Assembly: GCA_947084985.1 (NCBI GenBank)
Contig: CAMTUI010000026.1
Coordinates: 508 to 64,507 of the forward strand
Direction: 5' to 3'
Origin: Methanobacteriota archaeon
Lineage (GTDB): Archaea; Thermoplasmatota; Thermoplasmata; RBG-16-68-12
DNA: 64,000 bases
A program made the position numbers and the translations under genes. Every line of letters starts with the position of its first letter. Position 1 is the stretch's first letter. Shown one piece after another: positions 16,017 to 26,200 of the stretch. The notes under the pieces are model-generated. The model saw only the letters and a program-made list of their open reading frames with translations, was not told where the DNA came from and made no database searches.

Positions 16017-18128
16017 ATGACGACAGATCCGCTCGATGCGATCTTCTCGCCATCCTCCATTGCCATCGTCGGCGCGTCCCGCAGCCGGGGCAAGATCGGT
16101 TACGAGATCCTGCACAACCTGATCCTGAACGAATACCAGGGGACGATTTACCCCGTCAACCCGAAGGCACGGAGCGTCCACGGGATCCCCGCGTATGCAA
16201 GCGTGCTCGCGATCCCCGACTCCGTGGACCTGGCGATCATCACGGTCCCCGTGGAGGTGGCCCTGGCGGCCGTCGAGGAATGCGGGAAGAAGGGCGTCCG
16301 CGGGCTCGTCGTGATCACGGCCGGGTTCCGGGAGGTCGGCGGCCCCGGGATCGAGCGGGAGGAACGCCTCCTCGCCTTGTGCCGGCAGTACGGGATGACG
16401 ATGATCGGCCCGAACTGCATGGGCGTCATCAACACGCACCCGGACGTCCGGATGGATGCGACGTTCGCCCCGACGCCGCCGTTGCGCGGCGGGATCTCCC
16501 TCGTCACGCAGAGTGGGGCGTTGGGCGTGGCGATCCTCGACCACGCGAAATCCCTCGGCGTAGGATTTGCGAAGTTCTGTTCCCTCGGAAACAAGGCGCA
16601 GGTCAGCCTGAACGATCTCCTCGCCGCGTGGAAGGACGATCCGGAGACGAGGATCATCCTCGCGTACATCGAGAACTTCGGGAACCCGAAGAACTTCGTG
16701 CGGATCGCGCGCGAGACGACGAAACGCAAGCCCGTCATCGCGATGAAATCCGGCCGCTCCGAGGCGGGAGGCCGAGCCGCCGCCTCGCACACGGGCTCCC
16801 TCGGAGGGTCCGACCTCGCGGCAGAAGCGGTGTTTAATCAAACGGGCGTCCTCCGGGCGAATTCGATCGAGGAGCTGTTCGACTACGCGATGGCGTTCTC
16901 ACTGCAGCAGCTGCCCAGAGGCAACCGGGTGGCCGTGGTCTCGGATGCGGGCGGACCTGCGATCATGTGCGTGGACGAACTCGTCGCGAATGGCCTTCGC
17001 CTCGCGGAGCTCTCGCCCGCCACGATCAGGTTGATGGAGACGTGGGCACCGCCTGAGGCCTCACTCCGAAATCCGATTGACCTGACGCCGCAAGGGAGCC
17101 TCGACGACTACCGCAACGCGCTCGATACGGTCCTCTCGGATGACGGCGTGGATGCGTGCATCGCGATCTATGTCCCTCCGGTCCGCGTGGACGAAGTGGA
17201 GGTCGCGCGAATCGTCTGGCAGACGGCCGAGAAGCATCACAAGCCGGTCCTCACAAACTTCCTCGGGCGGACGGAGGAGAGCCCGGGATTCGCGGAACTC
17301 GTGTCCCACGGGATCCCGTCCTATCTGTTTCCCGAGAGCGCGGCGCGAGCCCTCGCGGCGATGTACCGCTACGCTCGGTACCGCGAGCGGGAGGAAGGAA
17401 AGACGCGGATCTTCGAGGTGGACCGAGCACGTGCCGCCGAGATCCTCCGTCGCGCGCAAGCCGAAGGACGGCAGCGTCTCGCCGAAACGGAGGCGATGGA
17501 GTTCCTCGAGGCGTACGGCATCCGCACGGCGAAGTCGCGGATCGTCGCCTCGCGCTCGGAGCTGCCGGACGCCGCCCGCGAGATCGGATATCCGGTCGCC
17601 CTAAAAGCCGTCGGGAGCCAGCTCGTCCACAAGACGGATTTGAAGGCGGTCCTCCTCGACGTGCGCACGGAGCGCGAACTCGTTGACGGGGCACAGAAGA
17701 TGGAGCGGGGGCTGAAGGCACGCGGCGTCGCCCTCGACGGCTTCCTCCTCCAGGAGTACGTGGTGGACGGGAAGGAAGTCATCCTTGGGATGACGAGAGA
17801 CAAGGTGTACGGCCCCTTCCTCGTCTTCGGTCTCGGCGGCATCTACGTCGAATACCTCCAGGACGTCGCGTTCGGCCTGCCGCCGCTGACGGACCAGGAT
17901 GCGTCGAGGATGATCGAGTCGATCCGGACATATCCGCTCTTGACGGGCGTGCGCGGCGAGGCGCCGTGCGACGTCGACGCGCTCCGGGAGGCCCTCCTCC
18001 GCCTCGCGCAGGCGGTCCTCGATTTCGACGCGATCCAAGAGATGGACCTCAACCCCGTGATCGCGCTCGAGAAGGGAAAGGGATACCGCGCGGTTGATGC
18101 GCGAATCATCCTCGTTGGGCCGTCGTGA
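16017..18128 (+). CDS. ADP-forming acetyl-CoA synthetase (fused alpha-beta, CoA-binding + ATP-grasp)
   Basis: The CoA-binding N-terminus 'PSSIAIVGASRSRGKIGYEI', the 'GPNCMGVIN' and 'ASHTGSLGG' motifs, and the C-terminal ATP-grasp region all fit. It is 703 aa. Confidence 0.9.
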   Translation: MTTDPLDAIFSPSSIAIVGASRSRGKIGYEILHNLILNEYQGTIYPVNPKARSVHGIPAYASVLAIPDSVDLAIITVPVEVALAAVEECGKKGVRGLVVITAGFREVGGPGIEREERLLALCRQYGMTMIGPNCMGVINTHPDVRMDATFAPTPPLRGGISLVTQSGALGVAILDHAKSLGVGFAKFCSLGNKAQVSLNDLLAAWKDDPETRIILAYIENFGNPKNFVRIARETTKRKPVIAMKSGRSEAGGRAAASHTGSLGGSDLAAEAVFNQTGVLRANSIEELFDYAMAFSLQQLPRGNRVAVVSDAGGPAIMCVDELVANGLRLAELSPATIRLMETWAPPEASLRNPIDLTPQGSLDDYRNALDTVLSDDGVDACIAIYVPPVRVDEVEVARIVWQTAEKHHKPVLTNFLGRTEESPGFAELVSHGIPSYLFPESAARALAAMYRYARYREREEGKTRIFEVDRARAAEILRRAQAEGRQRLAETEAMEFLEAYGIRTAKSRIVASRSELPDAAREIGYPVALKAVGSQLVHKTDLKAVLLDVRTERELVDGAQKMERGLKARGVALDGFLLQEYVVDGKEVILGMTRDKVYGPFLVFGLGGIYVEYLQDVAFGLPPLTDQDASRMIESIRTYPLLTGVRGEAPCDVDALREALLRLAQAVLDFDAIQEMDLNPVIALEKGKGYRAVDARIILVGPS

Positions 18129-18130
18129 CC

Positions 18131-18559
18131 CTACGGAAGGAGCGCGAGCCGCGCCCGTTTCGAGGTCGACAGAGGTCCGATGATCTCGATCCATATCCCG
18201 TCAGGATCCCGGATGTAGGCCCAGGCGCTCTTGTGCGGCCCGACCGGTCCGGCTATGACCGGGATGCTGAGGCGGCGGAGCTCGCGGATCTTCTCCGTGA
18301 GGTTCCGTGTGCGGAAGGCGAGGTGGTCGAGCTGCTCCCCCTTTCGGTACGGAGTTGCGAACGGACTGTCCGCCGCATACCAATTGAGTTCGAGCCACTG
18401 CTTCCCGCGCGGACTCTTCAACAGGGCAACGGCTCCCTTCGTCTCCCGGATCCGCGTGCGGGACTGGAGCGTCATTCCGAGGACGCGCGTGTAGAAATCG
18501 ATGGATCGATCGAGGTCGCGTACGCGAATCCCCGTGTATGTAAAGGTCATCGGGACCAT
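18131..18559 (-). CDS. VOC-family protein (glyoxalase I-like)
   Basis: This is the C-terminal 142 aa of the listed 391-aa ORF: 'MTFTYTGIRVRDLDRSIDFYTRVLGM...DPDGIWIEII'. The start is ATG 18559 or 18550. Confidence 0.8.
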   Translation of the reverse strand: MVPMTFTYTGIRVRDLDRSIDFYTRVLGMTLQSRTRIRETKGAVALLKSPRGKQWLELNWYAADSPFATPYRKGEQLDHLAFRTRNLTEKIRELRRLSIPVIAGPVGPHKSAWAYIRDPDGIWIEIIGPLSTSKRARLALLP

Positions 18560-18600
18560 CGGCGCGGAACCGGAGCCGCCCCTATTTAGGGCTGGCGCCC

Positions 18601-19464
18601 TCAGCGGATCGCCAGGAGGGCCACGCCGACGAAGATCGCCGCGACGCCGGCGTACTGAGGCCAGGTCAGGCGCTCGCGGAGGATCGCGACGGCGAGTCCG
18701 ACGGTCACGGCGCTGAACAGCCCGCTCAAGGTGCCGACGACGGCCACGGATCCTCCTTGGATGCCGACGTTGTATGCGAGGAATGCGAGGCTGTCCACCA
18801 CGCCAATCGCGAGGAGCGAGGAGACGAGGCCTCTCGGAGGCCGACCGATCGACCGTCCGCCCACGGCGACGGCGAGGAGGATCATGACGCCGACAAGACG
18901 AGAAAAAGCGGCGGACGTCACGGGCCCGAGCTCTACGACGGGATACTTGAGGGCGAAGTAGAACACGCCGTAGCCGGCGAACGCGACGAACGCGCTCACG
19001 ATCCCAACCCGAGGATCCTTCGCCGCAGGATTGGCAGGGTGGACCCGGCTCCGAGAGAGCCATATAATCCCCGAGAGGACCGCGACGATTCCCAAGGACG
19101 CGAGGCCGCCGGGCCGATCCCCCAGGAAGACGATCGCGAGGGTCGCGGTGACCGCCGGATAGCTGGACGCGAGAGGCGAGACGACCGAGAGGACGCCGTA
19201 CTCGAAGGACTTGTAGAGGAACAGAGAGGCGACGAGATTGATCGATCCCAGGACGACGAGCCAGAGCCACATGGTTGTCGCCTCCCAACGGGACGACTCG
19301 AACCAAACCGCGACGGGAAGGAGGATCACCATCCCGATGAGCTCCATGTAGAACAGGACGGAGAGGTGCCCGATGCGGTGAGATGCCTGCCGCGCGAGGA
19401 AGTCCCCGGTCCCGTATCCGGCGGCGGTCGTCAGGCCGAACGCGAGGTCCGAGGCGGCAGTCAC
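18601..19464 (-). CDS. EamA/DMT-family transporter
   Basis: It is 287 aa with about 10 hydrophobic segments and a two-fold internal repeat pattern typical of EamA. Confidence 0.8.
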   Translation of the reverse strand: MTAASDLAFGLTTAAGYGTGDFLARQASHRIGHLSVLFYMELIGMVILLPVAVWFESSRWEATTMWLWLVVLGSINLVASLFLYKSFEYGVLSVVSPLASSYPAVTATLAIVFLGDRPGGLASLGIVAVLSGIIWLSRSRVHPANPAAKDPRVGIVSAFVAFAGYGVFYFALKYPVVELGPVTSAAFSRLVGVMILLAVAVGGRSIGRPPRGLVSSLLAIGVVDSLAFLAYNVGIQGGSVAVVGTLSGLFSAVTVGLAVAILRERLTWPQYAGVAAIFVGVALLAIR

Positions 19465-19523
19465 AGGATCGCCCGGCGGGATTCGGCCATGGAACTTATC
19501 ATTGCGGGTCCGGCACAGCCATT

Positions 19524-19907
19524 ATGGTAGCGCCCACCGATGCCGAGGCGGAGGAATGCCATCTGTCCGCCCCCATCTCGTGCCCGAAGTGTGGATCCGC
19601 GAACGCCCCCGACAACCGATTCTGCGCCAAGTGCGGTTTTGCCCTTGCACCCGCGCCGCCGACGTGGTCCGCTCCTCATGGCGCCCCTATTCCGTACCCG
19701 CTCCCTTCGCTCCCTTCGTCCGCCCGCGCTCCGACGAGCGTTCTTGGAGTCGCGGGGGCCGTGATGTCGATGCTGGGAGGAGTCCTGATCGGGATCGGAT
19801 GGATCCTTCCGATCGAGTCGTTCTACATCGTGATCGGCGCAGGATGGATCCTGTTCGCTCCCGGAATCGCGCTCGGCCTCCTCGCCGCCTCCCAAAGGAG
19901 CTCGTGA
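19524..19907 (+). CDS. Zinc-ribbon membrane protein
   Basis: I chose the start at ATG 19524 (MVAPTD). 'CPKCGSANAPDNRFCAKCG' (C-x2-C-x10-C-x2-C) is followed by a Pro-rich linker and two hydrophobic segments. Confidence 0.6.
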   Translation: MVAPTDAEAEECHLSAPISCPKCGSANAPDNRFCAKCGFALAPAPPTWSAPHGAPIPYPLPSLPSSARAPTSVLGVAGAVMSMLGGVLIGIGWILPIESFYIVIGAGWILFAPGIALGLLAASQRSS

Positions 19908-19919
19908 CGCCGCGCGCTC

Positions 19920-20321
19920 TCATCCCGGCAGAGGCCTAGCGAACAGCTCAATCCAGATCCCGTCCGGGTCCTGGACGAACGCGAGGACCGTCCCGCCCTC
20001 GAGGAACGGCGGAATCCCGGGGCGCGCTCCCTTCGAGAGGAGCTCGTGATAGGCCGATTCGACGTCGTCGCAAGCGAACGCGATGTGGTCGAGCTCGTGA
20101 CCGTTGCGGTACGGACCCTCGAAGTGCGTGGACCCTTCCGGATACCAGTTCAGCTCGAGCATCTGAGGAGACCCGTCGCTCTGCAATTCGGCCCACTCCC
20201 CGCCCGTCTCCGGGACGCGCGTCCGTCGGTGGACCGTCATCCCGAGCACGTCCCGGTAGAATGCAAGCGAGGTGTCCATGTCGCGCACCTGGATCCCGAC
20301 GTACGTGAGCGTATATCGCAT
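19920..20321 (-). CDS. VOC-family protein (glyoxalase I-like), paralogue of 18131..18559
   Basis: 'MRYTLTYVGIQVRDMDTSLAFYRDVLGM...DPDGIWIELF' aligns with the other copy along its whole length. Confidence 0.8.
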   Translation of the reverse strand: MRYTLTYVGIQVRDMDTSLAFYRDVLGMTVHRRTRVPETGGEWAELQSDGSPQMLELNWYPEGSTHFEGPYRNGHELDHIAFACDDVESAYHELLSKGARPGIPPFLEGGTVLAFVQDPDGIWIELFARPLPG

Positions 20322-20430
20322 AGTGACCGGGGGTCGGAACCGGGGGGCAGCCGATAAGGCCATCGCCGGAGAGGGACGGCGCGCAACGCTTGTAATCCGG
20401 GACGGCTATGCCCGTCCGAGGCGAGAGAGC

Positions 20431-20805
20431 GTGATACAGTTGGACGTCGAGCTACCTGATCGACCCGGAGAGCTCGCGAAGCTCGCGGCCATCCTCGGAG
20501 ACGCGCGCATCAACATCGATGCGATGAGCGCCGAATCTGCGGGCGGCGAAACGTACGTGAGCCTGATCGTGAACCAGCCGGTGCAGGCCCGCGACGCGCT
20601 GATGAAGAACGGCTACACGTGCTCCACCCGGACGGTCCTCGTCGTGCGAATCGAGGACCGACCCGGCGCCTTGGCCCAGCTGTCCCGGAAACTTGGCGAC
20701 GCCGGCATCGACATCGTGAGCATGATCCATCTCGGCACCGTCGCTGGACATGCACAGCTCGCGATCGGTGTGGACAATCTCGAGAAGGCGAGGGCCCTCG
20801 TCTAG
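20431..20805 (+). CDS. ACT domain-containing protein (two ACT repeats)
   Basis: Two repeats of the 'DRPGELAKLAAILGDARINI' / 'DRPGALAQLSRKLGDAGIDI' pattern are present. I chose the start at GTG 20431. Confidence 0.7.
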   Translation: MIQLDVELPDRPGELAKLAAILGDARINIDAMSAESAGGETYVSLIVNQPVQARDALMKNGYTCSTRTVLVVRIEDRPGALAQLSRKLGDAGIDIVSMIHLGTVAGHAQLAIGVDNLEKARALV

Positions 20806-20936
20806 ACGGTCCGCGACGCGCCGCAAGTCGCAGTATCACATTCGATATCGAGAACACCCGGTCCGGGATAGAAACACTCAAATCAGGCCGCACTCCTATC
20901 TTCTCACATCCGCCACACGGGTTGGGAGGACGGACC

Positions 20937-21623
20937 TTGAGAGACGCATCGGAAGAGGGGGCGCCCCGCGAGGGCTTGGGCGTCGTGCCGACGGGCTATG
21001 CAATCTTCGGACCGAAGACGGTCCCGCGGGTCGACCACGAGCGAATTTTCGTGCTAGACGGTCAGGCGAATCTGCTCGGGGAGTATGCCCTGCGGGACGA
21101 GTGCCCGCTCGAGTACGCCGACCTCAAACGGTCCATCCCGGCAAGCGGGATGCGGCACCTCGTGTCCTTCTACCAGGGGGAATACGCCTTCACGCCCTTC
21201 CGCGTGGATGACATCTGGTTCGTCGTCCTGACGCGGGGCGTGCCGCGGATCGAGGACCGCGGCTCGATCGGGACCCTCCTCGCGGCGATGCGGCTCCATC
21301 TCCCCACCGTCCTCGCTCCCGCACTCGCGGAGCGGGAGGCGGTCCTCCGCCGACTGGAGCGCGATCTCGACGAACGAGAAGCATCGCTCATCATGCGGGA
21401 GCAACGTGTCGCACTACGGGAGTCGGAACTCCACTTCACGAACGCGACGCTCCGGGAGTTGGAGGTCGACGTGCTGGCGCGGGAGAACAAACTGAACGCG
21501 CTCCGCGACTATGCGGTCCGGATGCAGATCGCGTTCCGGAATGGGGAACCCAAACCACCGATGCAAGACCCGAAGAAGCGCAGCCCACACGAGTCCGACG
21601 TATCCGCCGGCCCGTCCCCGTGA
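20937..21623 (+). CDS. Coiled-coil protein, paralogue A of the triad (228 aa): conserved alpha/beta domain + short coiled coil
   Basis: The listed ORF overlaps the ACT gene, so I chose TTG 20937, which is preceded by GGGAGG 7 nt upstream. The domain 'RIFVLDGQANLLGEYALRDECPLEYADL...IWFVVLTRG' aligns with the two downstream genes. Confidence 0.65.
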   Translation: MRDASEEGAPREGLGVVPTGYAIFGPKTVPRVDHERIFVLDGQANLLGEYALRDECPLEYADLKRSIPASGMRHLVSFYQGEYAFTPFRVDDIWFVVLTRGVPRIEDRGSIGTLLAAMRLHLPTVLAPALAEREAVLRRLERDLDEREASLIMREQRVALRESELHFTNATLRELEVDVLARENKLNALRDYAVRMQIAFRNGEPKPPMQDPKKRSPHESDVSAGPSP

Positions 21624-21628
21624 CGGTC

Positions 21629-21634
21629 TTTTTT
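21629..21634 (+). terminator. T6 run immediately after the stop of paralogue A
   Basis: TGACGGTCTTTTTTCAG is read directly. Oligo-T tracts are the usual archaeal termination signal. Confidence 0.4.
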
Positions 21635-21660
21635 CAGACTCGATAACGGGGTCCCGCCCC

Positions 21661-21668
21661 TTAAATAA
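21661..21668 (+). promoter_or_regulatory. TATA-like box (TTAAATAA) upstream of paralogue B
   Basis: This is the only AT-rich element in the 114-nt intergenic region, 70 nt before ATG 21738. Confidence 0.4.
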
Positions 21669-21737
21669 GCTGCCGCCCGCTCGATTCACGATCGAGGGAC
21701 CGCGAGGCATCGCCTTCGCGGCCGAGGCGGACAGCGC

Positions 21738-23141
21738 ATGCAAGGGCTGATCGAGTCCCTCCTGTCGGGCATCGTGATGCGAGGCCTCAGCCCGACGCTC
21801 GTCTCCGTCCTGATGTCCGCGCCCCTGAAGAAAGTCACGCGAGCGCAACTCAAGAAGATCTACGTGCTCGACGATCGAGGCGAAATGGCGGGCGAGTACA
21901 TCCTCGACGCCGACTGCCCAATCGACTACAACGATTTTCTGAAGGTACTCCCCAACGAAGGGATCGGCGATCGCGATTCCCTCTTCGTCGGGGAGTACGT
22001 GTTCACGGCATTCCAGAGCGGCAGGTTCGTGTTCGTCCTCCTGTCCCGGGGCCAGCTGGCCACGGAGGACTTCGACTGGACGGCACTCCTCCTGACCGCA
22101 GCGGACTCTCATCTCGCCCGTGGCGCGGCCCGTCCGGTTCCCGCGCGTCCTTCGGAGGCGACGCCCGAGTCCGACAAGGCCCTGGCCGAACGCGAGTCGC
22201 GGATCGAATCCCGGGAGAAGGCCCTCGCGGAACTCGAGGTGAAGCTGAAGGCCGAGCAGGCGAACCTCGCCGGTCGCGGCGAAGAACTCGACCGACAGAA
22301 GCAGCGGCTCGCGGCCCTGGCAGACTACTCCGCGAGGATGCAAGACACGGTCACGAAAGGCGTGAATCGAGCGCTCAAAACACTCGAACTCGCGGAGCAG
22401 ATCTCTGCGACCTCGCGCACGGAATCGACGAAGACCGACGCGAAGGCCGCACTGGAACTCCGACAACGGTTCGAGCGAGAGCGGCAGGAACTCCTCGCCG
22501 CGAAGGCGGGCCTCGATGGGAAGTACCGCGATGCCGTCTCCCGGATTTCCAGGCTTGAGCAGGAGGCGAAGGACGCCGTCGCCAAGCTCGAGAACGAACG
22601 GGCGGCGGCGTCCGTGCGCGTCGCCGAGGAAGAGAAGACCCGAAGGGAGATCGAGACTCGTGTCGCCGAGCTGAGCCAGAGGTTCGCGGCCATGGCGAAG
22701 GAGAGGCTCGTCGCATCCCACCGGACGACGGAGCCGTCCGAGGCCGTCAAGCGGGCCGAGGAAGGCGAGAAAGCGGAGCTCGCGCGGGAGCGGAAGTTCC
22801 TCCAGCGTCGAGCGATCGAACTCCTCGATCGCGAGGAGCGGGTCCGGGATCACGAGGCGAGGGCGGAGCAACGGGAGCGGGACGTCGCACGGCGGGAGGA
22901 CGAGGTCGTGGCTCGCGAGGCGGACCTCGAACGGCAGAAGGTGCTTCTCGCCCAGGCGAAACTCCAGCCCGCGGAGGTCCGGGCGGAGAGCAACGAGGCC
23001 CGGAAAGACATCGAACGGCGGGTGAAGATCATCCAGCAGAAGGCCCTCGAACTGCTCGACCGTGAAGAGAAGCTGCGGAAGCGCGCGGCGGAACTCGAGG
23101 CGATGGAAGCCCGTCTTGCGGGACGGGTACCGGCCGGATGA
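21738..23141 (+). CDS. Coiled-coil protein, paralogue B of the triad (467 aa)
   Basis: The domain 'KIYVLDDRGEMAGEYILDADCPIDYNDF...FVFVLLSRG' is followed by about 310 aa of E/R/A/K/L-rich heptad-like sequence. The C-terminal 117 aa are homologous to the C-terminus of the giant gene. Confidence 0.75.
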   Translation: MQGLIESLLSGIVMRGLSPTLVSVLMSAPLKKVTRAQLKKIYVLDDRGEMAGEYILDADCPIDYNDFLKVLPNEGIGDRDSLFVGEYVFTAFQSGRFVFVLLSRGQLATEDFDWTALLLTAADSHLARGAARPVPARPSEATPESDKALAERESRIESREKALAELEVKLKAEQANLAGRGEELDRQKQRLAALADYSARMQDTVTKGVNRALKTLELAEQISATSRTESTKTDAKAALELRQRFERERQELLAAKAGLDGKYRDAVSRISRLEQEAKDAVAKLENERAAASVRVAEEEKTRREIETRVAELSQRFAAMAKERLVASHRTTEPSEAVKRAEEGEKAELARERKFLQRRAIELLDREERVRDHEARAEQRERDVARREDEVVAREADLERQKVLLAQAKLQPAEVRAESNEARKDIERRVKIIQQKALELLDREEKLRKRAAELEAMEARLAGRVPAG

Positions 23142-23186
23142 GCGTCGCCCCCTGTGTAATCAAGGGAGATAACCACCGAACCGGAC

Positions 23187-23194
23187 TTATATAG
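23187..23194 (+). promoter_or_regulatory. TATA-like box (TTATATAG) upstream of the giant gene
   Basis: This AT-rich element lies 70 nt before ATG 23264. GGAGGA lies 9 nt before the ATG. Confidence 0.4.
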
Positions 23195-23263
23195 GTCGCT
23201 CAGGCCTCGATTCTTGCTTTCCGGAAGGGGGAGTCCAGCCCTCTCGACCGGAGGATATCCGAC

Positions 23264-26200
23264 ATGCGTCCAGCCCTCGCGGTCACGCTAGTTCTTGCCC
23301 TCATCGCCAGCGTGCTCGCGGCCCCGCTCATCGTCGCGCATCCGGCGTCCGCGGATCCGTGGCCGACGAACAACGGAGACGGCACGTCGGTGGTCCTTTG
23401 GAACTTCACGAATCCGTCCGACTACGCGCTCACGGACGCGGAAGTCATCGGCGGGAGCGCTGCCCTCAAACGGCAGCTCGGGTGGTGGAACAGCACGAGT
23501 GCGGCAGACTTCACGGGACCCGACAGCGCCACGAACGCGAACTGGACACGTTGGCCCGGGGACGTCGTCATGGATTCCGTGGCCGGGCCGTCGACCCTCG
23601 TCACGATCCAGCCCGATGGGGCGACGGGCCTCGATGCCTATCTGGATCGCGGCAACGCGGACACGAACCGTGGTGCCGACGCGAGCATGGTCTTCGAGCC
23701 CCGCGGGTCAACCACTCGGCGGCCGATCCTTCAGTTCAGCCTTTCGGCTATCCCTGCAGGCGCGCTCATCGACGACGCAAAGCTCAGCCTTTACATGAGC
23801 GGCGCAGCGGCGAATTCTCCGGTGGCGGAAGTCCATTCGGTGACCGCGGCCTGGAACGAGGGTCAGGTTACCTGGAACAACCGCCTGACTGCGACGCCGT
23901 GGGGGAGTGCCGGGGGCGACTTCGTTGCCCATGTCGTCGATCAGTTGAGCCTCAACGCATCGCTAGGATGGAAGACGTGGAACGTCACGCAGCTCGTCGA
24001 CCTGTGGTATCGTGGGCGCCTCTCGAGCAACGGCCTTATCCTCACGGGCCCCACGACTGGACCGAACTTCGACAAGACGTTCTGGTCCTCTGATTATGCG
24101 GTAGACCCCAGCCTCCGTCCGAAGCTCGAGGTACGGTACCGAGTCATCGGGGCCGCCGGTGAGTACGTTTCCCGCGTCGGGGGGCCCGGTTCCCTCGTCG
24201 CCTGGGACTCCATTTCCTGGAACATGACGGAACGATCCTTCGCGACGGATGAGTTCGCCGGATCGTCCCTGGATCCAAAATGGACGTGGACAAACCCGCC
24301 CACCTCGTACGACGTCGGCACGACGACACCGGGGAGCCTCCATGCGGTATCGACGACAGGCGGGGACCTCGACGGAGCCACGTTCTCGGGCAACGTGCTC
24401 GCGAACGAAGTGGCGGGCGACTTCACCGCAATCGCGATGATCAGCGGCGACCCGACCGTAAGCGGGCAAAAACACGGACTCATGGTCCTGCTCAACAGTC
24501 GCAACTGGTACGCAATCCAGAAGGTAAACGCTTCGGGGAGCGTCAACTGGCAGGCGAAGTCCACCGCCGATGCCGCCACCGTAATCCGCGCGAACGTCGC
24601 GAGCGGGAACCCCGTTCCGGCGTGGTACCGGATCGGGCGATCCGGGAACACCTTCACGGCGTCAACGAGCTCCGATGGTGTTTCTTGGACCACACGGGAC
24701 ACGTACACGCCCGCGTTCGAGTATCCCCTCGAGGTCCGGATTGCCGTTTTCCTGACCGACGGACTCTCCGGGACCGCCCACACGGTCGATGCTGACTACG
24801 TCCGCGTGAACATCAGCAACGACGCCACGGTCGCCGTGAGCACGAGGACGGGGAACACGAGCACGGTGGACGCCTCCTGGTCCGCGTGGTCCGCACCGTA
24901 TCCTGCTCCGTCCGGTTCCCCCATGTCGGGGCGCACGAACTATGCACAGTTCCGCCTGACCTTGTCCGTCGCGTATCCGGATCACACGCCAAACATCGGC
25001 GACGTGAACATCTCCTGGACGACGTACCCGGCCTCGGGGACCGTCGAGACCGCGGATTTCGCGCCGGGCGACTTGGCGGAGTGGGACACGTTCGACGCCG
25101 TCCACACACTCAATGGACAGACGGTTGCGTACGCCTACTCGACGGATTCCGGCGGAAACTGGACCCCGTTGACACCGCCGCAATTCCTCCTGGGGGTGAG
25201 TACCGCCAGCGGAACAATCCGCTTCCGCGCGACACTCTCAACGGCGAGCGCGACCCTCACGCCGGTTGTCCGCGAGATGCGCCTCACGTATCGGCACATG
25301 CTGGACCACTTCTACGTGACGGCGTCATCGACCGCGACAGCGGGCGCCTCCTTCTCCATGACGGTGACTGCCAAGGACGCGGGCAACGCAACGATGACCT
25401 GGTGGACGGGCACCGTCACCCTTGACGCGGTACTGCCGGACGGCGTCACCCCCGCAAGTGGGGTCCTCGGCGTGACGAGCCTCGCGATTTCCGCAGGTGG
25501 CACGGCCACCTTGACCACGGAAACGTACACGAAGGCCGAGGTCATCCGGATCCGCGCAAGCCTCGGAACCGTGTCGGGTCTGAGCGGCCCGATCGATGTC
25601 TCTCCGGGCTCACTGAATCGAATCGCCGTGACGCCGAACGACGTCACTCTCCTTCCGTTCGACGGCCAGATTCTCACGGCCACCGGCTACGACGCCTGGA
25701 ACAATGTGATCTCAGTCCTCCCCTTCGGTTGGTCCGTCACCGGGGGCGTCGGGAGTTTGAACCTCTCTACCGGACCGAGCGTGAATTTCACTGCGAGTCC
25801 CCCGCCCGCGAACGGGATCGTCGAGGCGTCCGTTGGCGCAATCGTGGGGATTGCGCAAATCCATGTTGTCTCGGGCATCCGGCCGTGGGTCACGATCTCA
25901 GCGCCGGCGAGCGGAGACCATCTGACCGGCGCCGCGTCAGTTGATTACACGAACAGTTCCGATGCGGTGTCGATCCGCTTCGAGTACGACGACGGATCCG
26001 GATGGACGCTCATCGGGATGACGGTGACACTCAATGGGACGTTCCTCTGGGACACGACGGGACTCGACTTCGCGGGCGGGAGCCTTCGGGCGATCGTCAC
26101 GAACAATCGGGCGACCACGAACACGACGACAGTGACTCCGATCGAGGTCGACAATACCCCGCCCACCATCACGGTTGGCTCGGCTGTCGATTCGCAGTCG

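Noticed and set aside
18131-19306. The listed 391-aa ORF treated as a single gene.
   Set aside because: Only the C-terminal 142 aa are protein-like (VOC fold). The N-terminal 250 aa are Arg/Pro-rich and overlap the well-supported EamA transporter gene in another frame.
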